Below are positions 47,374 to 49,403 of a stretch of DNA of 49,403 bases, piece after piece. Where the stretch lies: IMG/VR virus record IMGVR_UViG_3300045988_091734, positions 1-49,403 of that record. One strand, written 5' to 3'. The translations under genes were made by a program, and so were the position numbers. The notes beneath the pieces were generated by a model. The model saw only the letters and a program-made list of their open reading frames with translations. It had not been told where the DNA came from and made no database searches. The stretch is from a virus. Position 1 is the first letter of the stretch, and every line of letters begins with the position of its first letter.

Positions 47374-47402
47374 ATTATACACCCACGCCCCCGTCTTGTC
47401 AA
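47374..47402 (-). promoter_or_regulatory. P11: exact consensus promoter firing antisense into the 3' end of CDS 46912..47340
   Basis: TTGACAagacgggggcgtgggtgTATAAT lies 34 nt beyond the stop of the plus-strand XRE gene and points back into it; no RBS or ORF downstream. Confidence 0.65.
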
Positions 47403-47414
47403 GCCCCTGTTTTT

Positions 47415-47446
47415 CAGTGGTCAAAAACGGTTGACCGCTGCTTTTT
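47415..47446 (+). terminator. rho-independent terminator of CDS 46912..47340
   Basis: CAGTGGTCAA-aaacgg-TTGACCGCTG (10 bp, one G.U) followed by CTTTTTG. Confidence 0.7.
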
Positions 47447-47464
47447 GTTGATGTCAACAAAAAG
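47441..47464. repeat. perfect 11-bp-arm palindrome CTTTTTGTTGA-tg-TCAACAAAAAG
   Basis: Contains GTTGATGTCAA (47447-47457), identical to 43728-43738 in the P5 operator/-35 region. Confidence 0.85.
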
Positions 47465-47682
47465 GTTTCTGCACCATTTCCGCGAAGTCACGAAAATGGT
47501 CTGTTGCGAAATTATCATCTGCGCGAATCCACGAAGATGACCATGCTGTGGATGTCCGCAAAATGGTGCTCAAAAAAAGACCGCCGCCACCACCGCAAAA
47601 AAATCGCGTCAGCGCATTTTTTTCTTTGTTGTTTTCTTTTTTTATTTTATTTTTATTCCTTTTATTTCTTTTCTTTTTATAC

Positions 47683-47751
47683 ATAGCTCAGCTATTTATT
47701 TTTTTAGCTTAGCTATTTTATTTTTAGCTCAGCTATTTATTTTTTAGCTGA
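47683..47751. repeat. array of (A)TAGCT(C/T)AGCTA(T) palindromes at 20-21-bp phasing in an AT-rich island
   Basis: ATAGCTCAGCTAT 47683-47695, TAGCTTAGCTA 47705-47715, TAGCTCAGCTA 47725-47735, half-site TAGCTGA 47745-47751, each followed by a T-rich tract. Confidence 0.9.
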
Positions 47752-47899
47752 TTTACTTTTAAAGATGGTGCAAAGCCTTGAAATCACTGCATTTCAGGCG
47801 TTTTCGCAAATTAAAATCACCATCCGTGTCTGACCTTTCTTGACCTTTAAGACGAAAAATGTTACAAGATTATTACGGAGCAAAACTGCAAAAATAAAA

Positions 47900-47912
47900 A
47901 TAGCTTAGCTAT
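47900..47912. repeat. fifth ATAGCTTAGCTAT palindrome
   Basis: Exact 13-bp palindrome 10 nt downstream of the stop of CDS 47922..48086. Confidence 0.85.
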
Positions 47913-47921
47913 TCGCTTTTT

Positions 47922-48086
47922 TTATTTTTCTTCGTATTTTCTAATTTTGTGTGTTTTGCAGCTCATTTTCTCTGCAAAAATTTTCCTTCCCAGCCACGCG
48001 AGAAATTTCGCTTGCAGGTCATCCGGCAGTTTCTCCACCTTCTCGACAATCATTTTAACAACAAACTTTTTATCAAAATCAGTCAT
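47922..48086 (-). CDS. small hypothetical protein in the AT-rich island, divergent from int
   Basis: ATG 48086 lies 7 nt after GGAG. MTDFDKKFVVKMIVEKVEKLPDDLQAKFLAWLGRKIFAEKMSCKTHKIRKYEEK. Composition is much more AT-rich than the rest of the genome. Confidence 0.5.
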   Translation of the reverse strand: MTDFDKKFVVKMIVEKVEKLPDDLQAKFLAWLGRKIFAEKMSCKTHKIRKYEEK

Positions 48087-48262
48087 ATTTTTCTCCACAG
48101 TCGCATATTTTTTTACCGCCCACCGAAATACCATATGCTGACGCGCCGCGAAATATGACTAAAAATTTTCCGTGCGTTTGCAAAATGTTTTCAATTTGTT
48201 CACAATTTACGATGGCACTTTGCTGCGTTTTGCGGCACAATAAGAGAAAAGGAGTGATACAC

Positions 48263-49312
48263 TTGCCACGCCAGACACTTAAAAAGCGCCCCGACGGGCG
48301 TTATGTTTGCAAATATAAAGGCTTTTCGTTCTACGGGCGAACGCAGTCCGAAGCCCTTGCCGCCCGTGAAGAGTACAAGAAACAGGAAAAATACGGCAGG
48401 AAACCACGGGAAAAGTACACGTTCGCGGAGTACGCAGCGGAGTGGCTGCCGACTTACAAGAGCGAGGTGACCATAAATGTATATGATGCGTATGTCTCAC
48501 GCCTTAACCAGATAGCATCAATCCTGCCGCAAACAGAGATGCGACTAATCACTCCGTCGGATATACAGCGACTTTATAACGCTTTTTCCGACCGCGGAGA
48601 AGGGACGCGAAGGAAGATAGCCGAAGCAACGAGAGCGGTTTTTCGCGCTGCCAAGAATGATGGAATAGTTGCAATTTCTCCCTGCGAGAACGTTAGGCGG
48701 AAGAAGGGGGCAGTAGGGACGCACCGTAATCTTGATGATTGGGAAATAAAGCTAATCAGAGACACTTGTGAAAGCGAAAGAATGGGAATTTACGCGATGG
48801 TGATGTTGTATGCAGGACTTAGGCGCGGAGAAGCGCTTGCGCTCGATATTGATGATGATGTTGATTTTGAGAAAGGTGTGATTCACGTCCGAAAGGCGAT
48901 TCGACGCGAACGTTCCGACTATATTATCACTGTACCAAAGACAAAAGCTGGTATTCGTGACGTGCCGCTGTTTCCGCCGTTACTGGATGTTTTGCAAGGG
49001 CGACACGGAAGCGTTATAATATCGAAAGATAACAAAATTATTTCTTTCAGCGCTGTGACCGATGCGTGGAAGCGTTACCAAAATCATCTATCAAAAATTG
49101 CGGGGAGAAATGTGGCAATCAGGCAGCACGATTGCAGACATACTTTTGCGACGATGCTCTATGATGCGGATGTTGACATTAAAACTGCCGCGCGCTGGAT
49201 GGGGCATGAGGATGAGACGATGATAATGCGGATATACGCACATCTCACGGAAAAAAAGGAAGAAAACGCCATCAGAAGGGTCGAAAGTATGTTGACTTCT
49301 ACGCCCAAGTAG
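48263..49312 (+). CDS. int: tyrosine recombinase / phage integrase
   Basis: TTG 48263 lies 8 nt after AAAGGAG. Catalytic-type motifs LYAGLRRGEALAL, RQHDCRHTFAT, WMGHED...MRIYAHL. Confidence 0.9.
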   Translation: MPRQTLKKRPDGRYVCKYKGFSFYGRTQSEALAAREEYKKQEKYGRKPREKYTFAEYAAEWLPTYKSEVTINVYDAYVSRLNQIASILPQTEMRLITPSDIQRLYNAFSDRGEGTRRKIAEATRAVFRAAKNDGIVAISPCENVRRKKGAVGTHRNLDDWEIKLIRDTCESERMGIYAMVMLYAGLRRGEALALDIDDDVDFEKGVIHVRKAIRRERSDYIITVPKTKAGIRDVPLFPPLLDVLQGRHGSVIISKDNKIISFSAVTDAWKRYQNHLSKIAGRNVAIRQHDCRHTFATMLYDADVDIKTAARWMGHEDETMIMRIYAHLTEKKEENAIRRVESMLTSTPK

Positions 49313-49328
49313 TCAAAATGGTAGTCAG

Positions 49329-49403
49329 CAGCGTTGCAATGGTCTGAGAACCCCTGAGAATCCAACAGTTCTAAGGATTTTGTTTGCTTTCCATGGAAGA
49401 AAG
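49329..49403. repeat. 75-bp terminal direct repeat, copy 2
   Basis: Identical to bases 1-75. Confidence 0.95.

Larger units (their letters stand above)
1..49328. mobile_element. complete temperate siphovirus-type phage genome (one circular or terminally redundant unit)
   Basis: Integrase, XRE immunity region, replication/recombination genes, terS-terL-portal-capsid-tail-lysis order, tape measure but no sheath gene, and 75-bp identical window ends. Confidence 0.9.

Noticed and set aside
47454-47686. ORFs 47454..47684 (-) and 47504..47686 (+) in the AT-rich island
   Set aside because: Their translations are low-complexity (K/N/R runs or F/L/Y runs) produced by the polypyrimidine/polypurine tract, and neither has an RBS.
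47683-47751. The repeat array considered as a CRISPR array, or as tRNA-derived sequence (TAGCTCAGCT resembles a tRNA D-arm)
   Set aside because: The units are about 20 bp and directly abut, with no unique spacers, and there are no cas genes. No acceptor, anticodon or T-arm can be built around any copy, so the D-arm resemblance is attributed to the AGCTNAGCT palindrome.
48992-49020. TTGCAA-17-TATAAT inside the integrase coding sequence. Other isolated TATAAT hexamers occur inside genes at ~5033, 18075, 18917, 24825, 25150, 26000 and 26874
   Set aside because: The -35 elements are poor or absent and all sites are within coding sequence. A single hexamer is expected by chance at roughly this frequency.

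Overview
The window is one complete 49,328-bp genome of a temperate siphovirus-type phage. Bases 1-75 are identical to 49329-49403, so the unit is circular or terminally redundant. Strong AGGAGG-type RBSs and the gene content suggest a Gram-positive, probably clostridial, host; this cannot be proven from sequence alone. Layout: (1) tyrosine integrase (48263-49312, +) beside a ~385-bp putative attP region (49313-49328 plus 1-369); (2) a minus-strand accessory cluster (370-3501); (3) a plus-strand accessory island of small acidic/zinc-ribbon proteins, an RHH protein and a multi-repeat AP2 protein (3694-8348); (4) a lysis cassette (8374-10056, -); (5) tail, head and packaging genes (10191-27384, -) with a T7 slippery site in the tail chaperone; (6) a long minus-strand early/middle region (27471-43656) with a PAPS-reductase-like gene, an array of Lar-like zinc-ribbon paralogs, VRR-NUC, Bro-N, DnaB, DnaD-like, SSB, HNH/DUF968-like, a degenerate ThyX-like gene, ERF and Gam-like genes; (7) a crowded immunity region (43015-47340), which with one more upstream brings the genome to ten XRE-type HTH genes. 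The most unusual signal is regulatory rather than protein-coding. There are nine exact TTGACA-17-TATAAT promoters. Four of them sit in a repeated promoter + structured leader + RBS cassette, with a fifth promoter-less leader upstream of gam. A promoter-to-terminator unit on the opposite strand (41134-41239) predicts a ~70-nt antisense RNA. Its terminator loop and single-stranded region complement the invariant loop (GGTACAAA) and the Shine-Dalgarno block (GACAGAAAG) of all five leaders. Two further candidate non-coding transcripts are noted: 220-338 (-), and an antisense transcript starting near 47367 (-). Other observations: two RHH-gene/operator-palindrome pairings, a phased AAGTT array in front of the endolysin, an AT-rich island with ATAGCTNAGCTAT palindromes at ~20-bp phasing, and twin micro-ORFs sharing a C-terminal ARASNT. 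All functional calls rest on by-eye motif recognition. No database search, RNA folding or alignment program was run.
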